A DNA stretch of 64,000 nt, from NCBI GenBank assembly GCA_030704615.1, contig CM060731.1, forward strand, positions 4,464,001-4,528,000, written 5' to 3'. The DNA is from Takakia lepidozioides (lineage: Eukaryota; Plantae; Bryophyta). This document shows positions 38,669 through 50,735 of this stretch, piece after piece (the stretch's first letter is position 1; each line of letters starts with the position of its first letter). The translations under genes were made by a program, and so were the position numbers. Under the pieces are notes generated by a model. It saw nothing but the letters and a program-made list of their open reading frames with translations. It did not search any database and had not been told where the DNA came from.

Positions 38669-39876
38669 AACAACACAATTCTACCTTAGAGGTCGTACTT
38701 GGGCCTCAACATAGGCACTTGGATACATATGAGATTAATGCACTCGGGCTTAGATGACACTTGGGCCAACGACACAGGCTACCCTAGTCAATATATAAAG
38801 CAAGATTGTTTGTTTGTTTTGTTTTGTTTTGTAGCGTTGAGATGTCCCAAACTGGGGGGCCCCCAACCCTGGTGCTTGGTACCGTTGGAAAGCCCTCGAT
38901 GAGGAGGGGTGCAACGACTTGATCTCATGATTTTTGGACCTGCGGTGTTGGAGATATGGAATTTCAAGTACTTTTGGTGTTTGGAAATTCGCAAAAAATT
39001 AGCAAAATGGGCCTTCTTGGGACAATGATTAGAGCCTCGACAGGAGATACATCAATAATGATTGGATATAATACTACTCAATAAATTCATGGAAAAAAAT
39101 AAATGGGGCCTTAACATTGGAGACATACTTAGATACATAAGAGATTGTCCACTAGGCTTAGATGGGCCTCAACATAGGAGAAGCACATGGGAGATGCCCT
39201 TGGATACATAGGAGAGTCGAGACGCACTTGGATACATAGGATATCACACTTGGGCTTAGATGACAGTGGACACTTGGGCCTCTACATGGAAGATGCACTT
39301 GGATAGATAAAAGATTGCACTTGGGCTTAGATGGGCCTCGACATAGGAGACGCACTTGGATACATAGGAAATTGCACTTGGTCTTAGATTTCAATTCTTC
39401 ACACATAGGCCAAGGCAGAGGCTACCCTAGAGGTCACACTTGGGCCTGGACATGGAAGACGCACTTGGATACATAGGAGATTGCACTTGGACATAAGAAA
39501 TATGATATATGATATTAGTAGGATATAGGATATCGATATATGAAGGAAGTCAGTTTGTTTGTTTGTTTTGTTTTGTTTTGTAGCGTCGTTGAGATCTCCC
39601 AAACCGCGGGGCCTAGCCTTGATGCTTGGTGTTGTTGGAAAGCCCTTGATGAGGAGGGGTGCACCAGCTTGGTCTCATGATTTTTGGACCTACGGTGTGG
39701 AAGATATGGAATTTCAACTACTTTTGGCTAGGATAGCCTGTGTTGTTGGCTCAAGTGTCCACTGTCATCTAAGCCCAAATGTAACGTCTTCTATGTATTG
39801 CGTCTCCTATGTCGAGGTCTAAGTGCGACCCCTAGGGTAGCTTGTACCTTTGGCCAATGTGTAAAAAATTGAAATT

Positions 39877-39956
39877 GGGCCCACCCCTGAAAGGGGGCAG
39901 TAGCCGCAAGGCGAAGTGGCCCTTAGTTACGCCAGCTTCGGCTAGAGTTTTTTTTT
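39877..39956 (+). mobile_element. ~80-bp extremely 5'-truncated LINE tail with T-tract and TSD
   Basis: Near-copy of 49842-49911, flanked by the ~13-bp duplication aaa(a/g)aattgaaat of satellite sequence. Confidence 0.8.
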
Positions 39957-40144
39957 CTAAAGAATTGAAATCTAAGACCAACTGCAATTTCCTATGTCCA
40001 AGTGCAATCTCCTAGGTATCCAAGGACGTCTCCCATGTCCAGGCCCAAGTGCGACCTCTAGGCTCTGCCATTGGCCTATGTGTGAAGAATTGAAATGTAA
40101 AACCAAGTGTAATTTCCTATGAATCCCGGTACGTCTCAGATATC

Positions 40145-40893
40145 GGGTGAGTGCAGGAATGACTAGACCAAAATGGACATTACCGGCACAGTTTTAGATG
40201 ACTGCAATTGATGGTGTCATCAATGTTTTTGAATTAACTCATTAAAACCAGCAAATATATATGTCGTTGGATTCCTAGCTTCAATACGACACCCACAACA
40301 ACTCTCCAATCATGAATCCGATAAGAAATGACAATGTTATGGACTTTTGAAGACCATACAGTGGACTTGTTTACGCAGTGAATGGAATTACAATGGACTC
40401 AAGAAGTCCGATGTGTCATTGGTCAATTCCATTGAAATTTGGACATAAGATGACCATTTTGGTCCACATCATAGATATGGATTTGAAGTGGCAAAATCCC
40501 TCTCCATTTGGCTCCTATGGACTAATAGATGTCCCAAAAAGATGGTTTATTTTGCCAAGTCCATGGTGTAAGTTTTGATTTTGATTTTGAGGTGTCATAT
40601 TTTACTACAAATGATACAAAAATATAATCTACAATGGCTTGGTTGTATATAGACAAATCGATGTAAATTCTAATTTTTGATATATCAAATCTTATTCAAA
40701 TTAAAGACTAAAATTTATCGTAAAAATTATCTTTGATGTTTGGGGTAAGACCCTTTACTAAAAATGTTGAATATACCATTGTCTATCATCGTTAGAATTA
40801 TTTGGGGAAATGTCGTCAACTTTAAATTTGGTCATGGACTTCCATGGAATGCAACATCTGCCGTTTTTGGTCCAGTCATTCCTGCATTCACCC
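40145..40893. mobile_element. MITE, 749 bp, with ~33-bp TIR and apparent 4-bp TSD (tatc)
   Basis: gggtgagtgcaggaatgactagaccaaaa vs the reverse complement gggtgaatgcaggaatgactggaccaaaa. tatc at 40141-44 and 40894-97. Confidence 0.85.
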
Positions 40894-43627
40894 TATCGAG
40901 ACCCATCTAAGCCCAAGTGCAATCTTCTATCTATCCAAGTGCATCTCCTATGTAGAGGCCCAAGTGTCCAATGTCATCTAAGCCCAAGTGCGTCTCCTAT
41001 GTATCCCGGAGGACATCTCCCATGTGCGTTTCCTATGTCCAGGCCCATCTAAGCCCAATGTGCAATCTCCTGTGTATCTAAGTACGTATCCTATGTCAAG
41101 GTCCCATTTATTTTTTTCCATGAATTTATTAAGTGGTAATATATCCAATCATTATTGATATATCTCCTGTCGAGGCTCCAATCATTGTCCCAAGAAAGCC
41201 CACCTAGCTACCCCAAACCACCATCGCGCTCCCAACATGTTCATTTGCAACACCTCCAAACACTGTTATGCTTTCCCACTCCTGCATGCTTAACACACAC
41301 ATGCATGTTCAAGGCAATGTAACTCTTCACCCCATCATCCGAGCATCATCCAAGGGAGCTGCTCCCTCAATATTCATCAAGGCCGGCCCAAAACCAAATC
41401 CAATCAATATTCCATGGCTCCGCCCTAAACCCAACAAACGTCCGTCCCACACAACCCCAAGTACCCGAGCCACCCCAACCAGCTGCTATATCATCGCCAC
41501 TTGTTAATCACCCCACAGAACATCCCATAACACCCGTCCACACATTAGAGGAAATACAAGGCATAACTCAAAAAATGTCCTTGGATCATTATGGAGCCAC
41601 ATGTGTCAAAACTCTATACAATTGTCAATGGAAGGGAACAACTCCCAAACGTAACACCTGGGAAAACAATGATCACCTTTCTAGCACCCACGGAAACCCC
41701 AATCTACACCATAGTGTCCAGATGGTTACCGAACACCACCGACGAACCAATACCCACTACTTGTCGCATATTCATACCCAACACGTGGATGAACCACAAG
41801 CCAACGATAGACGCTTCATCAGCCTGCCAAGAAGTATCCCAAATCTACACATCTCTATAGTTGAATGTAAACCAGATAAAGACATCCAGAAGTCTTAGCC
41901 CCACATTCGACACACTCACAATGATTTGGCACACATATATATTGGACCACTAGGGGTACTACATTGGTAGCATTTCACTCCAAAGATTGGAGTGGTTATA
42001 GAAAATGTTTCATTCTAACCCATTCCACCTTACAGACTCGCAGACGCCGTCAGCATTTGTGGTACATGTCTCCAGACTCATTCAGCGTTACGCACAAGAT
42101 CTACCACCCAAAACATCCACAACAATAAACGAACTTTCACTTGCACACTCCCACTTGACCCTCCGTGTGCTCCTTGTAGACTTCCTCACCATAGAGTTGC
42201 AACTCACTCACTCATACTATTCTAATCCTCTTACATGCCCACTGGGTTTATATACTTACTCAAGTTTACACGACATAGATCAACACTTTGGATCACTGGG
42301 GACTCAAAGGTCCCACCAGTGGCAAGGGCGAGGGTTTGCACATCCCCCCAATACCGCTTCCGCAAATGAAGCGCTTCATTGGACGCGCATTGCTGCACAT
42401 ATGTCTCCAAAAGCATTCACCATCTTATTATTCCTAATACTAACCACACCAAGTCTAAACACCCAATACTAAACGATCCCCCTAGAGTATTCACGTTAGC
42501 TACATTTGAACCTCCCTCGATCATTTATCAACCCCCACCGCCATGGCGCAATTACATGAAATACCCAGAACCGTTACTAACTAAACTGACATGTGTACTA
42601 CACCACTCACAAAACCCACAAATACCTATCACTTTCCACCATCAACTGGACCGGATTCTAAAACATTTATTTGGTTACACAGCCACGGTCCACCCGCCTA
42701 CCCAAACACCCAACAAATACTCCCAAATCAACCCAGACAAACCATCGAGATATGTGACCCCTAGGCCTCTTTGGGCAACGAGACAAAAAACCTTTGCTAT
42801 ACCACTCCCAGATTTCACGGAACCCACGACCTTGAAATTTCCACCACAAAAATGCATATATATTGATGGCTCCCTAAAAGATGCCCAGGCGGGTTATGGT
42901 ATATATTTGGTTGGCACCATCACCAAAATATATAACCGACTCCCTGGTCGCCAAAATATCTTGCGAGTGGAGCTTATGGCTATACATGATGCTCTCAAAT
43001 CTCTCCCCTACCAACCTACTTCAACATACTATTTATTTACAGACAGCTTCTCTACACCTTCTCACCAACCAAATCTACAAGCCATCATCACAGATCCACC
43101 ATCCTGATATTACACTTATAAAAAGAATCGTCGATGTTGTATCCTCTTTACCGTTGCAAATCCATATACATAAAGTTCGATCTCACACAGACATAATAAA
43201 CAATGACATAGCATACCATCTTGCTCAACTTGGTGCAATTCAGCCAATCACCAATCCCTCGACCAACCCTATCCACTGGTTGCACACATACCCATTTTGG
43301 CTCATATCAACAAGGGCTAGATTCCCGACCATAGCTCACATATACGGTCGAACCTGCACACATACATTCAAGGCGAGACCAAACTATTCATACAAGAATC
43401 CCGTACCTACACAAAATCCTACATATCTAAGTGGGTCTCATCCCCACACCTGCTGCATAGTATGTCCAGTCACTTTTGGACATCCCCCAGGGTTACTGAT
43501 GCACAAATCAAACAAACTCGGAATGGTCAATACGTGGGCAATCAACGACGAAACTTGTTTTGACCATTATTGTACCCTAATAAACACTGTATGTTATGTT
43601 CATCCCAAAATCCCCAAATAGACATGA

Positions 43628-46600
43628 TGTCGCGCACCTCACTTCGGTAAGCTCCCCCTCAAGTCATAGTTACTCGCTTTTCTGCGCGCGCCTAACTCCC
43701 AACCTGGCCGCTGGGCCAACTTGGAGCTTCGGCTGCTCACCGGGGCATAACGGTCCCCCTTCGTTCTCCCAATGAACCCTCCACCGATTTGGAACCAGCG
43801 GGAATTCCCTTTGGTAGTTGGCAGTCCGGAACAGCTCCCCACTCTTTGGTCGCTTTCCGGTTCGCTCGCTTACTCACTAGTTTTTGGTCACCAACAGGCT
43901 TGCACCGTTCTCGGGGTTACTACTCCCTATATATACTTCTGTAGCTGTCCGCGGGGGTTTCACAACCAGCCATGCTATTTTATGGCGAACCACCACGAAA
44001 ACCCTCGACTCCCGGTGATGAGTCGCGGTGAGTCTTGGCCCACTCACCACGGCCCCTATGGACCGTGATGAGTCCCAAGACTCCCCACCACGAGGTCTCC
44101 GCCCCCATGGTGAGTCCTATGCCACCCCCACTAAGTCCCGCTAAGCTACCACCACCCCTTGTGGAGCCACCCCCACCGCAACCCGGTGTGTGGGGCTCCA
44201 CCTAGTGAGTGCCTCCGCCTCCTTGAGTGCCTTGGGCACTCAAGGGTGCTTCAGCTCCCCATACCTATCGCTGCCGCTACCCCCACCACAGGGGCAGCCC
44301 CTCATGTGTCCCGACCCCCCTGCCCTAAAGGCAAAGGGCCGCGACACACACCCCTACCAACAGGGAGTCGATGTCCTCATCGACTTGTCCATTTTGTAGA
44401 AACGAACATCCAAGTTGTGGCGTCCCACATCAAGGAGTTTGTTTCCGTACCATGGCGTCCCATGGCAAAGAACCAAACCCCACACTTGACTCTACTCTCC
44501 ACTAGCTAGTTCGGCCGACTTCCTCCAAGTCCCGGCGAGGGGTGGAGCCTCTCAAGCTCCTCCCAGTGCACTCTTCTTGGCCTTCTTCAAGGTCAAGGAA
44601 CGATCCTCCCCGAGGATCGTATCGCCTTACTGCAACAACATTGCTTGCGATCGCTCCTGATGCCGCTTTTGGCATCACTTTGCGCAAGGGTTCACCTCGA
44701 ACCCCCTTTTGACTAGGAAGATAACCTTGAACCAACCGTGCGCCCCAATCACTACAATTGGGTCTGTCTTGGAATGCTGGCCTGAGGTACGGGAACACGT
44801 CGAAGCCGCACTACGACTTCGTCCCGAGGCTACACGATTATAGTACGTGAACGGAAGCACATAGCTTCCGCGTTAGCCCGCATTACAAGGCAACCACCTC
44901 GGTAGCGCAGTTATAGTACGCGCACGCGCCAGGTGCGCACTAGCACGTGAACTCCCAAAGAAGGCGCAAGTTTCCTTGCCCCTTGGATGGGGGTCACCCG
45001 ATTTCGGCACTACGCAAACACACGATTAACCCAATTTACCTCTCCCACTTTTATAAGCTAGCATGCATTCTACACACTAGCCAACCATACCATGCATCAC
45101 CATTCCAAACAAAATAGGACGCACAACATTTGGAATCCATTTCATTTATAGCACATTTTGTACAATACAAGTTTTTGCAATCGGATTCCTAAGCTAGCTA
45201 AACCGGGCTAAGCATGCATTTCCTCCCCCACGCTCCAAGGTTGATGTCCCCATCAACGCTTCTTCCGCTTTTGAGGTCGCCCTTCGAAAACTGCAACCGC
45301 CTCGGATGCGTTTCCCATTTCTGAGGCACGCACCCAAGATGCCTCCACATGATGATATTCCTTCCATTTGACGAGATACTCCGTTTCTCGGTTCTTGAAC
45401 CTCCTCGACTTAAGTACTGCCTCCACCTCGTACTCAGGTTCATTTTCATGATCCAACAGCACAGGTGGCGGACGCAACACTTGATGCCGATTCGGACGCG
45501 CTTCATCTTTGAAGTAAGGCTTCAAAAGGGAGACGTGAAATACTGGATGCACCTTGCCGTTTGCCGGTAGCTCCAATTCATACACATCCTCATTCATAAC
45601 CTTCCGGATGTGAAAGGGTCCCGCATATGGAGGTACGAACTTTGAACTCACTTCCGGAGGTAGTCGGAAATTCTTGATGTTCAACCAGACCTCCGTGCCT
45701 GCCTCAAACTTCACTTCCCTCCGCTTCCGATTCGCCTGCCTTTCATACCGTTTCCTAGCTTCGGCAATGTTGTACTTTGCGAGCTTCAACAAACGCTCGC
45801 GTTCTTCTAGTACCGCCGCTACTGCCGGTTCCTCAACGTCCTGGGCGGCCCAACTTGTCGGCACCAGAGGTGCTTTTCCATAGACCAATACAAAAGGGGA
45901 AACTCCCGTTGCGGAGTGTTCTGTGTTATTATAACAGAACTCTGCCGCGTCTAAGTGTTCCACCCAGTCTGTTTGGTCTGCCGACACGTAATTTCGCAAG
46001 ATCTGCTTCACTACGGAATACACTCTTTCTGTTTGGCCGTCGGTCGTAGGTCGGAAGGCGGTGCTCATCTTCAGCCTCGTCCCCATCTTCTTCCAAAGTG
46101 CCCTCCAAAATTTACTCGTAAACTTAAGATCGCGGTCCGAGACAATATCCTTCGGGACTCCATGATGCTTTAAGACGTGGGCGAAATAAAGTTGCCATGT
46201 CTCCTACGCCGTTGCCGTCTCCTACGCCGTTGCCGTCTCCTTGGTGGGGATGAAATGGCCCATTTTACTGAACCTATCCACCACCACCATGATTGCATCG
46301 AATCCTTTCGACAGCGGCATAGCAGTCATGAAATCCATCGAGACGCTTTCCCAAGTCCCCTCTGGAATCGGCAAGGGTTGTAACAGCCCTGCTTGCTTTT
46401 TGTACTCGCTCCGGTTTTGTTGGCATGTGGTGCATGTCTTGACATACTCCTCTGCCTCCTCCCTCAGTTTGGGCCAGAAATACTCTTTCTTCAAGAGTGT
46501 CGTAGTGCGCTTGGCTCCGCCGTGGCCCGCAAGCGGGCTATCATGACATTCTCTCAAGAGGCTATCTCTGATCCCTCCCTTCGGCACGTAGAGACGCTTT

Positions 46601-49211
46601 TGCTTATACCGGAGCAGTCCATTTTGCAAGTGGAACTGCGATTTAACCCCCATCCTCAAGTCCTGCATCACGGACTTCGCCAGCTCATCCTTCCGGCAAG
46701 CCTTCCGGATCTTCCTTTGGAGCGCCGTCTCGCCCTTGTACACCAACAAGAGCTGCTGCTTTCTACTTAAAGCATCGGCTACCACGTTGTCTCGTCCCGG
46801 TTTGTACTGGATATCCACGTCGAACACTGCCAAAGTATCTTGCCACCTAAGTTGTTTTGGGGACAACTTGGGCTGCGTGGCAAAATACTTCACTGTGACA
46901 TTGTCCGTGAACACCTTCACTGGGTTGGAACCAACATAGTGGCGCCAAAGCTCAAGACAGTGCACCACCGCCTTCATCTCTTTCTCGTGCGTCGGCCACC
47001 GTCGCTCCACTTCATTCAGTTTCTTACTTTCGTAAGCCATTGGACGTCCATCTTGCATCAGTACATCCCCAATCGCGAAGTCCGACGCATCTGTAGGTAT
47101 CTCGAACGGACGATTGAACTCCAGGATTTTCAAGACTGGAGCTTCCGCCATCCGCTACTTCAATTCAGCAAAAGCTTGGCCACACAAGGTGTTCCATACC
47201 CAGACTTTGGATTTACACAGAAGGTCTGACAACGGCCCCGCGATCTTGGCGAAATTTCTCACATACTTCCGGTAATAGGAGGCGAGTCCTAGGAAGGATC
47301 GCACTTCCGAGACCGAAGTCGGAGGCTCCCAATCCAAGATCGCCCTCACCTTTCTGTCATCCATTTTGATCCCATCCTGTGTAATCACATGCCCCAGGAA
47401 CTCCACTTTTGTGACCCCGAATTCGCACTTTGAAGCTTTGGCATACAGCTTCCCTTCTCGCAATTTTTGGAACACCCTTTTAAGGTGCTCCAAGTGCTCC
47501 TCCTTTGTTTTCGAGTACACCAAGATGTCGTCTATGTACACGATCACAAAGTCATCCAACCACTCCTGAAAAAGGCTGTTCATCAGCATGCTAAATGTCG
47601 CTGGTGCATTGGTGAGCCCAAAAGGCATCACCAAGAACTCATATGAACCATACCTTGTCCTGCACGCGGTCTTCTCCTCATCTCCTTCCGCCACCCGAAT
47701 TTGATGATAGCCGGAGCGCAAGTCGATCCGGCTGAAATACTTCGCTCCTGCCAACCGGTCGAAAAGGTCGTCGATCCTTGGCAAAGGGTACCGGTTTTTA
47801 ATAGTCACCTTATTCAAAGCCCTGTAATCGACACACATCCGCAGCGTCCCATCCTTCTTGTCTGCGAATAGCACCGGGGCTCCGTAAGGTGACTTACTCG
47901 GCCGGATGTACCCCTTTGACATTAGATCTTTGAGCTGAGTCTTCAGCTTGACCAACTCTCTGTGGCTCAACCGGTAGGGCGCCTTGGCAGGCGGTTCCGA
48001 TCCCGGTATCACCTCAATCTTGTGGTCAACTCCTCTTCGTGGTGGCAAGCCGCTTGGTAAATCCTCCGGCATCACATCCTGGTATCTCTCCAAAATCCCC
48101 TTGATCCAATCTGGGCTCGGCTCCCCATCGCCTTCTCCCTTCACTTCTCTAATGTTAAACAAAAACTGGGGCTCGTGTGCCTCCTCCACGGCCCACTCCT
48201 TTGCTAACAGAAGGTTTATTCGCCCTCCCACGGATTTGGGCGTTTTCGACACTCGTAAGACCTCGCCACCATTCCCACATGGCAGCGTGACTACTCTCTT
48301 GCGGCCATCTATGACCGCTCCGGATTTGCTCAAAAAGGTCATCCCTAAAATGAGATCCACTCCATCGATCTCGTTTGTCGGAGCTCTCAAGGATTCCTCG
48401 GGCTCCGATTCCTCGGATTCCTCCCGCTCTTGAGTGACCTCGTTTTCGGAAACATGCATCGCTTCCTCAAACGACCGCCTCGGTGACACGTCGCCCCCAT
48501 TGGGCTCACCAGGATCATCATCTTTTGGGCCGTTCCGCTTTCGCTTCGGTTTGCCCGACCCCATGATGAGGCCAATCCCAAGGACGATCGCATACTAAAC
48601 TCTAAGCTCTGATACCAAGTGTCGCGCACCTCACTTCGGTAAGCTCCCCCTCAAGTCATAGTTACTCGCTTTTCTGCGCGCGCCTAACTCCCAACCTGGC
48701 CGCCGGGCCAACTTGGAGCTTTGGCTGCTCACCGGGGCATAACGGTCCCCCTTCGTTCTCCCAATGAACCCTCCACCGATTTGGAACCAGCGGGAATTCC
48801 CTTTGGTAGTTGGCAGTCCGGAACAGCTCCCCACTCTTTGGTCGCTTTCCGGCTCGCTCGCTTACTCACTAGTTTTTGGTCACCAACGGGCTTGCACCGT
48901 TCTCGGGGTTACTACTCCCTATATATACTTCTGTAGCTGTCCGCGGGGGTTTCACAACCAGCCATGCCATTTTATGGCGAACCACCACGAAAACCCTTGA
49001 CTCCCGGTGATGAGTCGCGGTGAGTCTTGGCCCACTCACCACGGCCCCTATGGACCGTGATGAGTCCCAAGACTCCCCACGACTCCCACCACGAGGTCTC
49101 CGCCCCCATGGTGCTTCAGCTCCCCATACCTATCGTTGCCGCTGCCCCCACCACAGGGGCAGCCCCTCATGTGTCCCGACCCCCCTGCCCTCAAGGCAAA
49201 GGGCCGCGACA
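43628..49211 (-). mobile_element. Ty3/gypsy chromovirus (Galadriel-like), gag-deleted; 5' LTR 48620-49211, 3' LTR 43628-44346
   Basis: TG...CA LTRs that are nearly identical. 5-bp TSD catga. PBS tggtatcagagc (tRNA-iMet) at 48606-48617. PPT adjacent to 44347. Confidence 0.97.
45253..48564 (-). pseudogene. pol: protease remnant - RT (YIDD) - RNase H (TDASDFAIG) - integrase (HH-CC, SMDF, DGQTER, GPF) - chromodomain (EYEVEAVL..YLVKW..ASW)
   Basis: Three ORFs in one frame, separated by TAG at 47155 and by TAGs within an 18-bp tandem duplication at ~46199-46236. Confidence 0.95.
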
Positions 49212-49937
49212 CATGACATGGCCACACTTACTTCTCCACTGCAACCACCTATAATTCATGAGTTGCGGGTATCTAGACATAACCAAGGGGTTAGACAAAT
49301 CCACTCATTTCACATCCAAAATCCAGATGGTTTATCGTCAACAATGCAGGCACGTTCCTGGTCGCCCACCGGACCACACTATACCCCCATGGCTACTACC
49401 GTGTGTATGCTCCTGAGTGCCTTGGCCTGGCAGGCTATGCCCAGATATCTTGCTAGTCTAGGGACTTCCTGTACTGGCATTGCCGCCGACAGAACTGCTT
49501 CCATCTCTCAAAATACATTTTTTGGGATTCACATTATAGTATGATCGGAATCTAGATCAATCAATTATGTACAAACACAAAAAATATGTATACATGCCCT
49601 TCGTCAACGAGGCTGGAACACGGCACCTCTGACCATCATCAATGTGGGTGTCAGGGGCGGTGCTCATACCTATAATATCCAAGGTTTGAAAGATAATCTC
49701 AACCTACCACCCAACTACACTACACTTCTACTACGAGCCTTGCACTTCACAGCTATTACATCACTTACATCTCTAATCCTCAATAAATGTAAGATTGAAA
49801 GTGGCCAGCTAGCCACTGTGTGACAGGTTACGGTGCGGATAAAGCCCACCCCTGAAAGGGGGCAGTACCCGCAAGGGGAAGAGGCTCTTATTTACGTTGG
49901 CTTCGGTTGGCTTTATATATATATATATATATATATA

Positions 49938-50358
49938 GGGGATGAACGACCCTTAAGTGTCGAAGGCGCTCAAGAAGGCGGAAGCGCTCACTAGGTGGAG
50001 CCCCGCAAACCAGGGTGCGGTGGGGGCTCCGAGTGGGGTGGTCGTAGCATTGGGAGTCATACGGGGGGGTGGCATAGGGATCACCGCGGGGTTGAGGACT
50101 TGTAAGGGGAGTCTTGGGGTTCATCACGGTCCATTGGGTCCGTGGTGGGTGGGCCAAGACTCACCGTGACTCATCACAGGGAGTCAAGGGTCATCGTGGT
50201 GGTGTGCCGGAAAAGACTTGGGCTGTTTTGTAAAACCCCCGCCGGAACCTCCAGAAGTATATAGAGAGAGTAGTAACCCGGAGAATGGTGCAAGCTCATT
50301 AAACAACCAAAAGCTAGTGAACAAGCAAGCGAGCCGGAAGACGACCAAAGTGTGGGGA
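49938..50358 (+). mobile_element. Partial LTR of a related chromovirus family, opposite orientation
   Basis: Its reverse complement aligns to LTR positions ~43838-44250 (e.g. ggggctccacctagtgag, gagtcttggcccac..accacgg, ggttactact..ctatatacttct). Confidence 0.8.
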
Positions 50359-50735
50359 CACTACAACACGCCATGGTTTTCACGACTATCACAAGGGTGT
50401 CAGTATTGACATCTCTCACTATATTTATCACTACGTAGTTGAAAAGACATATGAGTGGTGACACATTTCACAGCCACTAGCAAACGTTTCACTACATAGT
50501 TAGTTCGTCTGACACCATAATTGAAATTCTAACACATGTAATTAAATGATATGGCCTTGGGAATCAGAGGTTAGTGACTCTTTAGTCGGTGTTGGATCCG
50601 TCTTCAACAACATTCTATTCACAGTTCTCAAAATATCATGCACATACATATTTATTGACATCGTTAACTATTAATGAAAGGTTTTACTATACCTCTGACA
50701 CAACCAAGACAATGGTATATGTTATCTCATTATCA
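50359..50735. mobile_element. Left end of a second CACTA element
   Basis: Begins cactacaaca exactly where the LTR fragment stops, with cactac(g/a)tagtt subterminal repeats. No partner end was found. Confidence 0.55.

Larger units (their letters stand above)
34545..41205. repeat. Complex satellite-like array (short module cacttgggcctcgacatgggagacgcacttggatacataggagattg plus a longer ~300-bp module); orientation flips at ~39725
   Basis: Dozens of diverged copies of both modules, with a local inversion at ~37895-38010. Confidence 0.85.
41212..49912 (+). mobile_element. 5'-truncated, decayed Dualen/RandI-like non-LTR retrotransposon (PCIF1-like MTase - RNase H - CCHC - RLE), interrupted by the chromovirus at 43628-49211
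   Basis: RNase H: IYIDGS..GYG, ILRVELMAI, YLFTDS, HKVRSH..NND. CCHC: CMLC..D..PHLLLHC..RHN. RLE: RLCPDILLV..GWN..LTIINVGVRG. C-terminus LH..AI.SL..LILNKCKIE, stop at 49821, then a structured 3' UTR and (TA)n. Confidence 0.75.

Noticed and set aside
34541-39822. Many short similar ORFs (e.g. WCLVPLESPR, KYLKFHISHT)
   Set aside because: By-products of the satellite repeat, with frames not conserved between copies.
39877-39922. Hammerhead ribozyme
   Set aside because: It is a three-stem junction, but the CUGANGA and GAAA-NUH core is absent on both strands.
45349-48433. Plus-strand ORFs over the gypsy element
   Set aside because: Antisense shadows of pol.
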